Shown here: positions 34,100-41,250 of the stretch, in pieces
Position numbering within the stretch: position 1 is the stretch's first letter
How the letters are laid out: each line of letters starts with the position of its first letter
Source of the DNA: an uncultured Patescibacteria group bacterium
GTDB lineage: Bacteria > Patescibacteriota > Microgenomatia > UBA1400 > PJMF01
Assembly: GCA_905478415.1 (NCBI GenBank)
Contig: CAJQIG010000002.1
Location: 71,573-118,833 of the forward strand
Direction: 5' to 3'
Length of the DNA: 47,261 bases
Translations under genes and position numbers: made by a program
Notes under the pieces: model-generated
Database searches by the model: none
What the model was told of the DNA's origin: nothing
The model's input: the letters and a program-made list of their open reading frames with translations, nothing else

Positions 34100-34606
34100 A
34101 TGTCTGATAGCCTAAATCATCAACTGTTTACTTTTTCCTCACCGTACACGTTGCCGACCCCCCTGGCAGAACTCCTGAATGATCACGACGGTGAAACGAC
34201 TGTGCTGGTGACAGGTGTTTTTGATGTACTACACCAAGAACATATCAATTTTTTAAAAAAAGCTCGAGAACTGGGCACGATCCTGGTTGTCGCACTCGAG
34301 AGCGACTCTCGGGTGCGCCACCTCAAAGGCTCCACCCGGCCTCATTTCCCTCAACAAAAACGCCGAGTACAGATTCTCGACTTAGCTCTAGCTGACATCG
34401 TAGTGATACTTCCAGAAGAGTTTTCAGATCCTGAACACCACCGAGCAGTGATATCGCAGATTCAGCCAACCTATTTAGCGGTTTCATCACACACTCAACA
34501 TTTGGATAAAAAACAGGCCATTCTAGCTGAGTATGGGGGGCGAGTTGTAGTGGTGCACGAAGAAAATCCAGCGGTATCGACTACAAAACTTTTAGTTAAG
34601 CCTTAG
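34100..34606 (+). CDS. cytidylyl/adenylyltransferase-family protein (RfaE domain II / TagD-like)
   Basis: VLVTGVFDVLHQEHINFLKKARELG fits the HxGH-class nucleotidyltransferase N-terminus, but it reads HQEH. The length is 168 aa. Confidence 0.7.
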   Translation: MSDSLNHQLFTFSSPYTLPTPLAELLNDHDGETTVLVTGVFDVLHQEHINFLKKARELGTILVVALESDSRVRHLKGSTRPHFPQQKRRVQILDLALADIVVILPEEFSDPEHHRAVISQIQPTYLAVSSHTQHLDKKQAILAEYGGRVVVVHEENPAVSTTKLLVKP

Positions 34607-34868
34607 TTTGCTCAACTACTTGAACTTTTTGTGGCTGAGTAATTTCGTTTTCCTTGATAGGAACGGCAATGTTGTGACCAGTTTCTCTGAGAACAATTTC
34701 CCTGGCTCTCTCATGGCTGTTTCCTGCATCTCGTTCTTTAAGATACATTTTTTCAGCTTCTCTTTTTGAAATGAGGGTTTCAGTTTCTGTCATATATATG
34801 AGTGTATCATGTTTCTCTTCTTTAGTAGAGGAAATATTCAGCTTGTTTCTTTCTACCTCTTTCCTCAT
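34596..34868 (-). CDS. hypothetical charged protein, 90 aa
   Basis: The ORF has a TGcTACAAA box 6 nt upstream of its ATG (- strand, 34875-34883). Its 3' end overlaps the convergent gene by 11 nt. Confidence 0.5.
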   Translation of the reverse strand: MRKEVERNKLNISSTKEEKHDTLIYMTETETLISKREAEKMYLKERDAGNSHERAREIVLRETGHNIAVPIKENEITQPQKVQVVEQTKA

Positions 34869-34906
34869 ACTATCTTTGTAGCAACTACACTTTTTGAAAG
34901 GAACAT

Positions 34907-35212
34907 ATGAAAAAATTTCTATTGTTAAGCTTACTCGTCAGCGGAGCACTGTTGAGTGGCTGTACTGGAAAGACAACTCCTGCGGCGACTGATAAGACGG
35001 ATCAAGCTCCTGGAGTTGAATCGAAGCAAGGTGACACCACTAAATCTGGAACCCTTGTAAAACAGGGTGCTAAGTATTATATTAAGTCACCAGCTGGAGT
35101 TATGGATGAAGTTGAAACGTACTCAGTTGATTTTGAATCATACGTAGACAAGCAAGTAACCGTGACTGGTCAATATAGTGGAGACACTTTATTTGTCGGT
35201 GTGATTGAGTAG
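34907..35212 (+). CDS. small lipoprotein
   Basis: A signal peptide with a lipobox (LLSLLVSGALLSGC). An AAAGGAA SD lies upstream. Confidence 0.8.
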   Translation: MKKFLLLSLLVSGALLSGCTGKTTPAATDKTDQAPGVESKQGDTTKSGTLVKQGAKYYIKSPAGVMDEVETYSVDFESYVDKQVTVTGQYSGDTLFVGVIE

Positions 35213-35222
35213 TAAGAAAGAT

Positions 35223-36623
35223 ATGGCCAAACAAAAATCACTCTTTATTTGTCAGGAATGTGGCTGGTCATCTCCTCGTTGGTCGGGGCAGTGTGGCAGT
35301 TGTAGTGAATGGAACACGCTGGTCGAAGAAGTTGCCGAAGGTGGTGCCATTGCAAAACAAGCTAAAAAAGCCACAAAAAGAGAAATGGCCAATTCTTTGA
35401 TCTCTTTTCCAGAGGTGGAAGCACTCAGCGGCGCAAAATCGCGTTTTTCTACAGGAATTGGAGAGATGGATCGTGTTTTGGGTGGTGAAAAAGGCAACAA
35501 AGGCATGGTTCCCGGCGCAGTTATGCTTATTGGAGGCGAGCCAGGAATTGGTAAGTCAACAATTCTCACCCAAATGTTAGTCACTATTTTAAAAGAGCAA
35601 ACAAAGCAGGGGGGGAGTCAAAAAAAACTACCACCGCTCATGTACGTGAGCGGGGAAGAGAACCCCTCACAGATAGCCCTGCGGATTGAACGCATCGCAG
35701 AAACAAAACTGACTCCAGACCAGCAGGCTCGTTTATTGTTTGTAACCTCTACCGATGTCGATGTTATTGTTGGTCACATGGAAAAGGAAAAGCCCGCACT
35801 GGTAGTTGTAGATAGTATTCAAACCATTACCACGTCAGAACTAACGGGTGTGGCTGGTAGTGTCGGACAAGTGCGTGAGTGTACAGACAAAATAACTACT
35901 GCCGCCAAGCGTTATCATATTCCCACCTTTTTAGTTGGTCATGTTACTAAAGATGGAAAAATTTCGGGTCCAAAAGTGCTTGAACACATTGTGGATGCAG
36001 TATTGGAATTAACAGGGGAGCGTACGGCAGATCTACGTCTGCTTAGAGCCATAAAAAATCGTTTTGGAGCCACTGATGAAGTGGGTGTGTTTCGGGTGCG
36101 CGAATTCGGATACGAATCAATTACAAACCCTTCAGAATTGTTTCTCACTGATGGGGACGCCCCCATTTCTGGATCAGCTACGGTTTGTATTGTCGAAGGA
36201 ACTCGTCCACTGTTACTTGAAGTTCAAGCCTTGGTTATTGGGTCACAATTAGCCATGCCCCGTCGAGTGGGGAGGGGAGTTCCCCTCTCAAGGATTCAAG
36301 TAATGGCGGCAGTACTACAAAAACACTGTCGGGTGCCGTTGGGAACGAATGATATTTTTGTGAGCATAGCCGGTGGGTTTGAAGTTAAAGAGCCAGCTAT
36401 TGATTTAGGTTTGGCTGTTGCTATTGCTTCCTCGCTCACAAATAAGAGTATTCCTAAAAGAACACTATTTGTTGGAGAAGTGGGTTTATTGGGAGAAGTA
36501 CGCTCGGTTAACTTGCTTGAAAGGCGCATCAAAGAGGCGAAAAGACTAGGTTTTGAACAAATAATTTCAAAAAAGACACACGACAGGGTTGAAGATATTT
36601 TGCGAGAGTTTAAACTGATTTAG
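35223..36623 (+). CDS. radA: DNA repair protein RadA/Sms
   Basis: A zinc ribbon (CQECGWSSPRWSGQCGSCSEWNT), Walker A (GGEPGIGKST), the KNRFG motif and a Lon-like C-terminal domain. Confidence 0.93.
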   Translation: MAKQKSLFICQECGWSSPRWSGQCGSCSEWNTLVEEVAEGGAIAKQAKKATKREMANSLISFPEVEALSGAKSRFSTGIGEMDRVLGGEKGNKGMVPGAVMLIGGEPGIGKSTILTQMLVTILKEQTKQGGSQKKLPPLMYVSGEENPSQIALRIERIAETKLTPDQQARLLFVTSTDVDVIVGHMEKEKPALVVVDSIQTITTSELTGVAGSVGQVRECTDKITTAAKRYHIPTFLVGHVTKDGKISGPKVLEHIVDAVLELTGERTADLRLLRAIKNRFGATDEVGVFRVREFGYESITNPSELFLTDGDAPISGSATVCIVEGTRPLLLEVQALVIGSQLAMPRRVGRGVPLSRIQVMAAVLQKHCRVPLGTNDIFVSIAGGFEVKEPAIDLGLAVAIASSLTNKSIPKRTLFVGEVGLLGEVRSVNLLERRIKEAKRLGFEQIISKKTHDRVEDILREFKLI

Positions 36624-39058
36624 TTTTGTTTTTTTTGTTGTGTTTGCTTGTTCTGATTTTGTTGGTTAGCCTGTTGTTGATTATTTTGAGGTTTTTTACT
36701 TGAATTGTTGTGCTGCGGCTTCTTTTTTTGTCCACCTTCAGCCTCACGTTTTTTTCTATTAACCTCGGCACGTCGTTGCTCTTCGGCAATCTTGGCAGCT
36801 TTTTCTTCTGCTGTATCCTCCATGCGCTCTTTATTGGCTTTGTGTTCTTCGGCCATATCCAGAGATTTTTTTCGTTTTGCATAGCGTTCACTACTGACTT
36901 TAATAACCTTAGCTCTGTTTTTATTTGTGCTTTTAGCAGGACCCAGAGTGAAGGCAGGGAAGGGTCGAGAAATCATGTTGTCGATAGAAACTTTGTTAAT
37001 AATTTGGTGACGACTGAGTGAAACCAGGTCATCCTTGGTATATTTTTCTCCATATTCCTGCTCAAAGGCTGCAGCATCTTCAGCACCCATCACAAAACTG
37101 ACAATGCTACCACAGTTACCAAAGATAGCCTTCTGAACTTCTTCTGGGATCTGGGCAATATATTGATTGGCAAGAATTAAGTTTAGTCGGTACTTTCGAG
37201 CTTCAGAAAGAATTTTATTAAACGATTCAGTGGCAAAGTTTTGGAACTCGTCGACGTAAAGATAGAAGTCACGTCTATCTTCCTCAGCAATATGGACTCG
37301 AGACATGGCTGCTAACTGAATCTTGGTAATCAACATGGCTCCCAAGAGAGTAGCGTTATCTTCTCCAAGCTTACCTTGAGAGAGATTAACCAGGACGATC
37401 TTGCCTTGATCCATGGCTTCTTCAATACTGAAAGAACTTTTTCGAGCATTAACCACATCTCTGACCAGAGGAGAGGAAACAAATTGTCCAACTTTATTAA
37501 GAATTGGAGCAATAGCTTCATTTCGTTGTCTGTCCTGCATTTTGTTAAATTCGTAGAGCCAGAAGTTTTTGAGAACAGGGTCATCGAGTTCTTCGACTAA
37601 ACTGTCTCTGAAACGTTTGTTTGTCAGCATGTCCATAATGTCAGAAAGACGAGCAGTTTTACTCTTTAAGAGAGTCAAAAGGGCATTGCGCAAAATGTAC
37701 TCAAGCCGAGGACCCCAAGAATAACCATAGAGTTTTTGGAAGACAGAGACAATTCCAGAGGCAATGAGTTCTCGATGAGCAACATTTTCGCCTTCAAAAA
37801 GATTGAGCTGGACGGTTCGATGTGGATCCGCTGGGTCAAAGTAGATAACATCATTGATGCGACGAGAAGGAATGTAGTCGAGTAGGGTCTCGACTAGGTC
37901 ACCATGAGGATCGATAACACAGAGGCCTTCATCGTTTTTCAGATCATTAATGGCCATATTAGCGAGGAGTGTGGATTTACCAGTACCAGTTTTACCGATG
38001 ACATACATGTGGCGGCGACGATCTGCGCGCTTGAGGCCATAGACATGCTCTTGATTTTTATATTGAGCCCGAGCATAGGGGTTAACCTCTCTTTTTTCTT
38101 CTCGAGGCATATCGCGAGTAACAATCGGAAGATTTTCCGGTGGTTCACCAAGCAAGTTCTTTCCCCAAGCAATATTTTGAATCGGTTCGAGAGTTCTATT
38201 TGGAAAGTGGAGTACTGCGGCCAACTCATCAATAGAGAGGTGCATACTGCGTGTTCTTCTGAATGATCTGGTTTGCATTAACCGCAAGTACTGTTCTCGC
38301 CAGAAGTAAATTTTTCTGAGGATGAGACTATTTCCTTCGCTCTCGGTTAGTGTTCCGAAAGAGGCGACAACGGTTTCGAGAAGCAGTTGACTACGTTCAT
38401 TCGTATGAGCAGAAACAGCTACGCGGATAGCAACCTTAAGGGCAGCTGGTTTTATCTTCTTTTCGATCAGGGCTTTTTTTTGATGTTTTCCGGTAATAAC
38501 TTCGTTGAGAGCATCAGTGCTTTTTTTCGTTTCAATCAGGCTCAGTCCTTTGTTTTTCCATGTTTCGCTATCGAGTGTGAGGCAGAATTGGATAACTACT
38601 CGGTCGAGCGTGTCGAGTTTTGAAAGTGTTGAAAGCAGCGGGGCAATGGGATCAATGTCTTTGAAATCTTGATACGTTTTTAGAGGTAGATACTCGGCTC
38701 TTCTCAACACCACATCGCCAAGACTAATAAAGCTGCTTTGTTCTTGGTTGTATGTCTGTGGGTTATTGAGAGAAGTTACCGTATCGGTACTCATTTCACT
38801 GATTAAGATACCAGGATAGCTCGCAGACAGCGTGCCTTTTATATACTCCATGAGTCGGACGGGTGTATAGACCTGAAAGAAAATTTGTTGATTCTCGGTA
38901 ATAATTTCGATACTGAGATACTCATTTTGGCCCACAAGTCTTCGCCACCAGTCGTTATGAAGCTCTGGAAGGGCAGAAAAAAGCTGTACAGCTGCCTCTA
39001 GCGAGTGATCGCTATCACGGCTAGTTCGAAGCTCGAGAAGTACATGTGGAGTTGCCAT
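36620..39058 (-). CDS. TraG/TraD/VirD4-like coupling-protein-type ATPase (FtsK/HerA superfamily), 812 aa
   Basis: Walker A VIGKTGTGKSTLL, Walker B FYLYVDEFQNF, and LILANQYIAQI..GNCGSIVSF. The C-tail is Lys/Gln/Asn-rich. I prefer the start at the ATG of MATPHV (39058). Confidence 0.85.
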   Translation of the reverse strand: MATPHVLLELRTSRDSDHSLEAAVQLFSALPELHNDWWRRLVGQNEYLSIEIITENQQIFFQVYTPVRLMEYIKGTLSASYPGILISEMSTDTVTSLNNPQTYNQEQSSFISLGDVVLRRAEYLPLKTYQDFKDIDPIAPLLSTLSKLDTLDRVVIQFCLTLDSETWKNKGLSLIETKKSTDALNEVITGKHQKKALIEKKIKPAALKVAIRVAVSAHTNERSQLLLETVVASFGTLTESEGNSLILRKIYFWREQYLRLMQTRSFRRTRSMHLSIDELAAVLHFPNRTLEPIQNIAWGKNLLGEPPENLPIVTRDMPREEKREVNPYARAQYKNQEHVYGLKRADRRRHMYVIGKTGTGKSTLLANMAINDLKNDEGLCVIDPHGDLVETLLDYIPSRRINDVIYFDPADPHRTVQLNLFEGENVAHRELIASGIVSVFQKLYGYSWGPRLEYILRNALLTLLKSKTARLSDIMDMLTNKRFRDSLVEELDDPVLKNFWLYEFNKMQDRQRNEAIAPILNKVGQFVSSPLVRDVVNARKSSFSIEEAMDQGKIVLVNLSQGKLGEDNATLLGAMLITKIQLAAMSRVHIAEEDRRDFYLYVDEFQNFATESFNKILSEARKYRLNLILANQYIAQIPEEVQKAIFGNCGSIVSFVMGAEDAAAFEQEYGEKYTKDDLVSLSRHQIINKVSIDNMISRPFPAFTLGPAKSTNKNRAKVIKVSSERYAKRKKSLDMAEEHKANKERMEDTAEEKAAKIAEEQRRAEVNRKKREAEGGQKKKPQHNNSSKKPQNNQQQANQQNQNKQTQQKKQN

Positions 39059-39064
39059 GCATCT

Positions 39065-39073
39065 AGTATAGCA
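39065..39073 (-). promoter_or_regulatory. extended -10 box TGcTATACT, 6 nt upstream of the T4CP ATG
   Basis: The - strand reads CTGCTATACT AGATGC ATG, with no SD. Confidence 0.5.
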
Positions 39074-39256
39074 GAGTGGAAAAAGTCTGTAATAAGAAAA
39101 GAACACCCGTACTAAGTTTCGTGTTAACCTCACAAAAGTTATTCACAGTGATCGTGCTCATCACGCATATGTTGATAACTTTTGTATATATCTCAATAAA
39201 ATACGATAAAATAAAACTATGAGATGCTTTTTAATTTAACGAACTTAAACTATAGG

Positions 39257-39285
39257 TTGACTGAGTAGCAAAAACGAGTTATACT
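39257..39285 (+). promoter_or_regulatory. candidate promoter TTGACT-17-TATACT with no ORF downstream
   Basis: -35 box at 39257-39262 and -10 box at 39280-39285. The next ~220 nt have no ORF and end at the hairpin at 39459-39508. Confidence 0.4.
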
Positions 39286-39458
39286 CGACTAAGAATTGAG
39301 TAAGTTGTGGTTTTCAACTCAGTTGACACCCATTGATTTACTAGTGATCCTTAAATATTATTTTGATAGCTTTTCAAACCTTTTGGTATGCTTTGATTGT
39401 TTAGAGGGGGATTCAGGAGGTGGAGAGCTCCTATTTGCTTAAAACGGGTTTAAATCAC

Positions 39459-39508
39459 AAAAAAAGCATTATTATCGCTGGACAGACCACGAGTAACAAT
39501 GCTTTTTT
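39459..39508. terminator. bidirectional intrinsic terminator (A7-stem-loop-stem-T6)
   Basis: AAAAAAAGCATTATTA....TAACAATGCTTTTTT. The stem is imperfect (AGCATT/AATGCT plus TTA/TAA). Confidence 0.7.
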
Positions 39509-39528
39509 CTCAGATAAGTGTTTCAATA

Positions 39529-39711
39529 CTAGGTCAAAACACTTGTGGACTGATAGTAGCAATCAGGGTAATTCTTGTAAATAGTATCTTTATATATCAA
39601 AATAGTTGTTTCGCATTTTCTTTTAAGATGTGGGGCTTTGTGTGGAAGTTTGACAGTTGGGCAGGCAGTTGAACTTCCACTCTGAGCTTCATATCTTTTT
39701 TTTGATCCCAT
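39529..39711 (-). CDS. hypothetical small basic Cys-containing protein, 60 aa
   Basis: The ORF ends ~20 nt before the bidirectional terminator. No SD or family motif recognised. Confidence 0.35.
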   Translation of the reverse strand: MGSKKRYEAQSGSSTACPTVKLPHKAPHLKRKCETTILIYKDTIYKNYPDCYYQSTSVLT

Positions 39712-39715
39712 AGCG

Positions 39716-39744
39716 TTGATTATTTTGATGTTATTTGATATACT
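39716..39744 (+). promoter_or_regulatory. promoter TTGATT-17-TGaTATACT
   Basis: -35 box at 39716-39721, TG at 39736-39737 and -10 box at 39739-39744. It lies ~100 nt upstream of ATG 39847. Confidence 0.55.
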
Positions 39745-39846
39745 ACAGCCGATTCCTTCGTGTATTCGAAGGTCGTTTAGCGTGAAGCTAAATAAGAAGG
39801 TCGCCTCTGCCTTTTCCAGAGGTCTTTAACATATAAGGAGGCTCGT

Positions 39847-40116
39847 ATGAGTCGCGAAGTGATAACAGGTGGACCTAATAATATGTCTTTAATGATGAGT
39901 TTGTTCTCAACTGAAGAACAACCCTACTTTGTTTTTTTTAGCACCACCAGCGGGGAAACATTGAAAATGCAAATAAGAGGGTTAGTTCAAGAAGATGGCT
40001 CTGGTGAGAGCTGGAATGTGACAGCAGCAATGGAGCTGCCTGGACCACTTATTTTGCGAACTGAAGTGAAATTCTATTACTCGGCAAAATTTCGCCGAGG
40101 AACTTTGAATATCTAG
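39847..40116 (+). CDS. hypothetical protein, 89 aa
   Basis: A strong SD (TAAGGAGG) lies 6 nt upstream and a canonical terminator lies downstream. No family recognised. Confidence 0.7.
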   Translation: MSREVITGGPNNMSLMMSLFSTEEQPYFVFFSTTSGETLKMQIRGLVQEDGSGESWNVTAAMELPGPLILRTEVKFYYSAKFRRGTLNI

Positions 40117-40141
40117 CTTTTTATAACCTTATATAGTGTAG

Positions 40142-40175
40142 AGCCCCAGTATGAAATATGACTGGGGCTTTTTTT
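40142..40175 (+). terminator. canonical intrinsic terminator
   Basis: AGCCCCAGT-(10 nt)-ACTGGGGCT followed by TTTTTT. Confidence 0.85.
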
Positions 40176-40207
40176 ATCTCATTTTTCTAATTTAACATCC
40201 TATAACA

Positions 40208-40235
40208 TTGACTTTTTTTAAAAAAGTGTTATACT
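40208..40235 (+). promoter_or_regulatory. promoter TTGACT-16-TGtTATACT
   Basis: -35 box at 40208-40213 and -10 box at 40230-40235. It lies 36 nt upstream of the sortase ATG. Confidence 0.6.
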
Positions 40236-40271
40236 AATGGAGTAGTACAGCACAAATGTACTCGAGAAAAC

Positions 40272-41054
40272 ATGCCAACAGTACAAACAAAACCACTCTT
40301 TTTTGAACAAACGTTCCCCCGAACGCGCGCTGCGTTGTTGGGGCGCCCTGCTGTACCTGAACAAAAAACAGTAAAAAAACGTACTACAACCAAGCTTCCT
40401 GCCTGGTTGTTACCAATAGTAAACGTATTTTTATCTGGTTTGATTGGACTGAGTATTCTTATTGGTTCAATTCTTGTTGTTCCAGGTGTGTATTACTTCT
40501 TTTTTCCGGCAGATATTGTCAAAATGGAGCCTCCAGAAGTAGAATCGCCTCTAGGTGGGGAGTACACAACAGAACAAACTATCGAAAATAAAGAAGAGTA
40601 TAAGTACACTCCAGAGTACGATGAAACACTTCCAGACGGAAATTGGATTTCAATTCCACTCATTGGGGTAAAAACTGAACTTCGTCCAACTGAAAAACCT
40701 GAAGAAGCTCTCGAAAAGGGCGTTTGGTGGGTGCCAGATTTTGGAAAAGCAGGTGACACTGAGCTGCCTATGATTGTAGCCGCCCACAGATTTGGATGGC
40801 AGTGGTGGTGGCAGTCAGATTACTGGAAGTACAATTCATTCTACTTATTACCAGAAGTACAGCCAGGAGATAGAGTCGAAATTATCTCCGACCATCGTAA
40901 GTGGGAGTATGAGATTTATGCTGGAGAAGAAGGTCAAGACATCACTGACTATGATGCAGACTTGATTCTCTATACCTGTAAATACTTGCAATCACCCGTG
41001 CGTCACTTTAGATATGCGCGTTTAATTGATCCGACAGCAAACACACAGCAGTAG
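40272..41054 (+). CDS. sortase-family transpeptidase
   Basis: An N-terminal TM helix. The His region is PMIVAAHRFG, the catalytic Cys motif is DLILYTCKY and the Arg region is VRHFRYARL. Confidence 0.8.
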   Translation: MPTVQTKPLFFEQTFPRTRAALLGRPAVPEQKTVKKRTTTKLPAWLLPIVNVFLSGLIGLSILIGSILVVPGVYYFFFPADIVKMEPPEVESPLGGEYTTEQTIENKEEYKYTPEYDETLPDGNWISIPLIGVKTELRPTEKPEEALEKGVWWVPDFGKAGDTELPMIVAAHRFGWQWWWQSDYWKYNSFYLLPEVQPGDRVEIISDHRKWEYEIYAGEEGQDITDYDADLILYTCKYLQSPVRHFRYARLIDPTANTQQ

Positions 41055-41250
41055 AGGAGAGACTCCAATTTAGGCCTGTATTATTTTTTTAAACCTGATA
41101 CAATGGGAATTCGGGTAAACGCACGTCTTTTCAGACTTTTAATTCTATTTTGGTATATTCAAAGGTGATAGCACTGCTTTAAGCAAAGCATTGTTTTAGT
41201 ATTGTTGTCTTTTTTTCCAGGTTTGTATTGAGTTAGTGTGTAAAGAAAAC

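Noticed and set aside
33134-34606. The nucleotidyltransferase pair read as a CBASS-like or MNT-HEPN toxin-antitoxin defence module.
   Set aside because: No effector, HEPN or cyclase-specific motifs are recognisable. The second gene looks like a metabolic cytidylyl/adenylyltransferase, and the first is much larger than MNT antitoxins.
39140-39150. A DnaA-box-like TTATTCACA upstream of the T4CP gene. It shares the 11-mer TATTCACAGTG with the oriC region (12849-12859).
   Set aside because: By my rough estimate, single one-mismatch DnaA boxes are expected about ten times by chance in 47 kb, and shared 11-mers are expected hundreds of times. The match is not significant on its own.
39132-39185. 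An 11-bp inverted repeat, ACAAAAGTTAT / ATAACTTTTGT, with a nested GTGAT/ATCAC stem upstream of the T4CP promoter, considered as a possible operator or terminator.
   Set aside because: It is real in the sequence, but the region is AT-rich and I could not tie the repeat to any flanking transcript end or known binding motif. It is too ambiguous to call.
39434-39585. A TTG-initiated ORF of ~49 codons downstream of the AGGAGG at 39415-39420.
   Set aside because: It reads through the bidirectional terminator and into the antisense of the 60-aa ORF. The start-codon spacing is poor.
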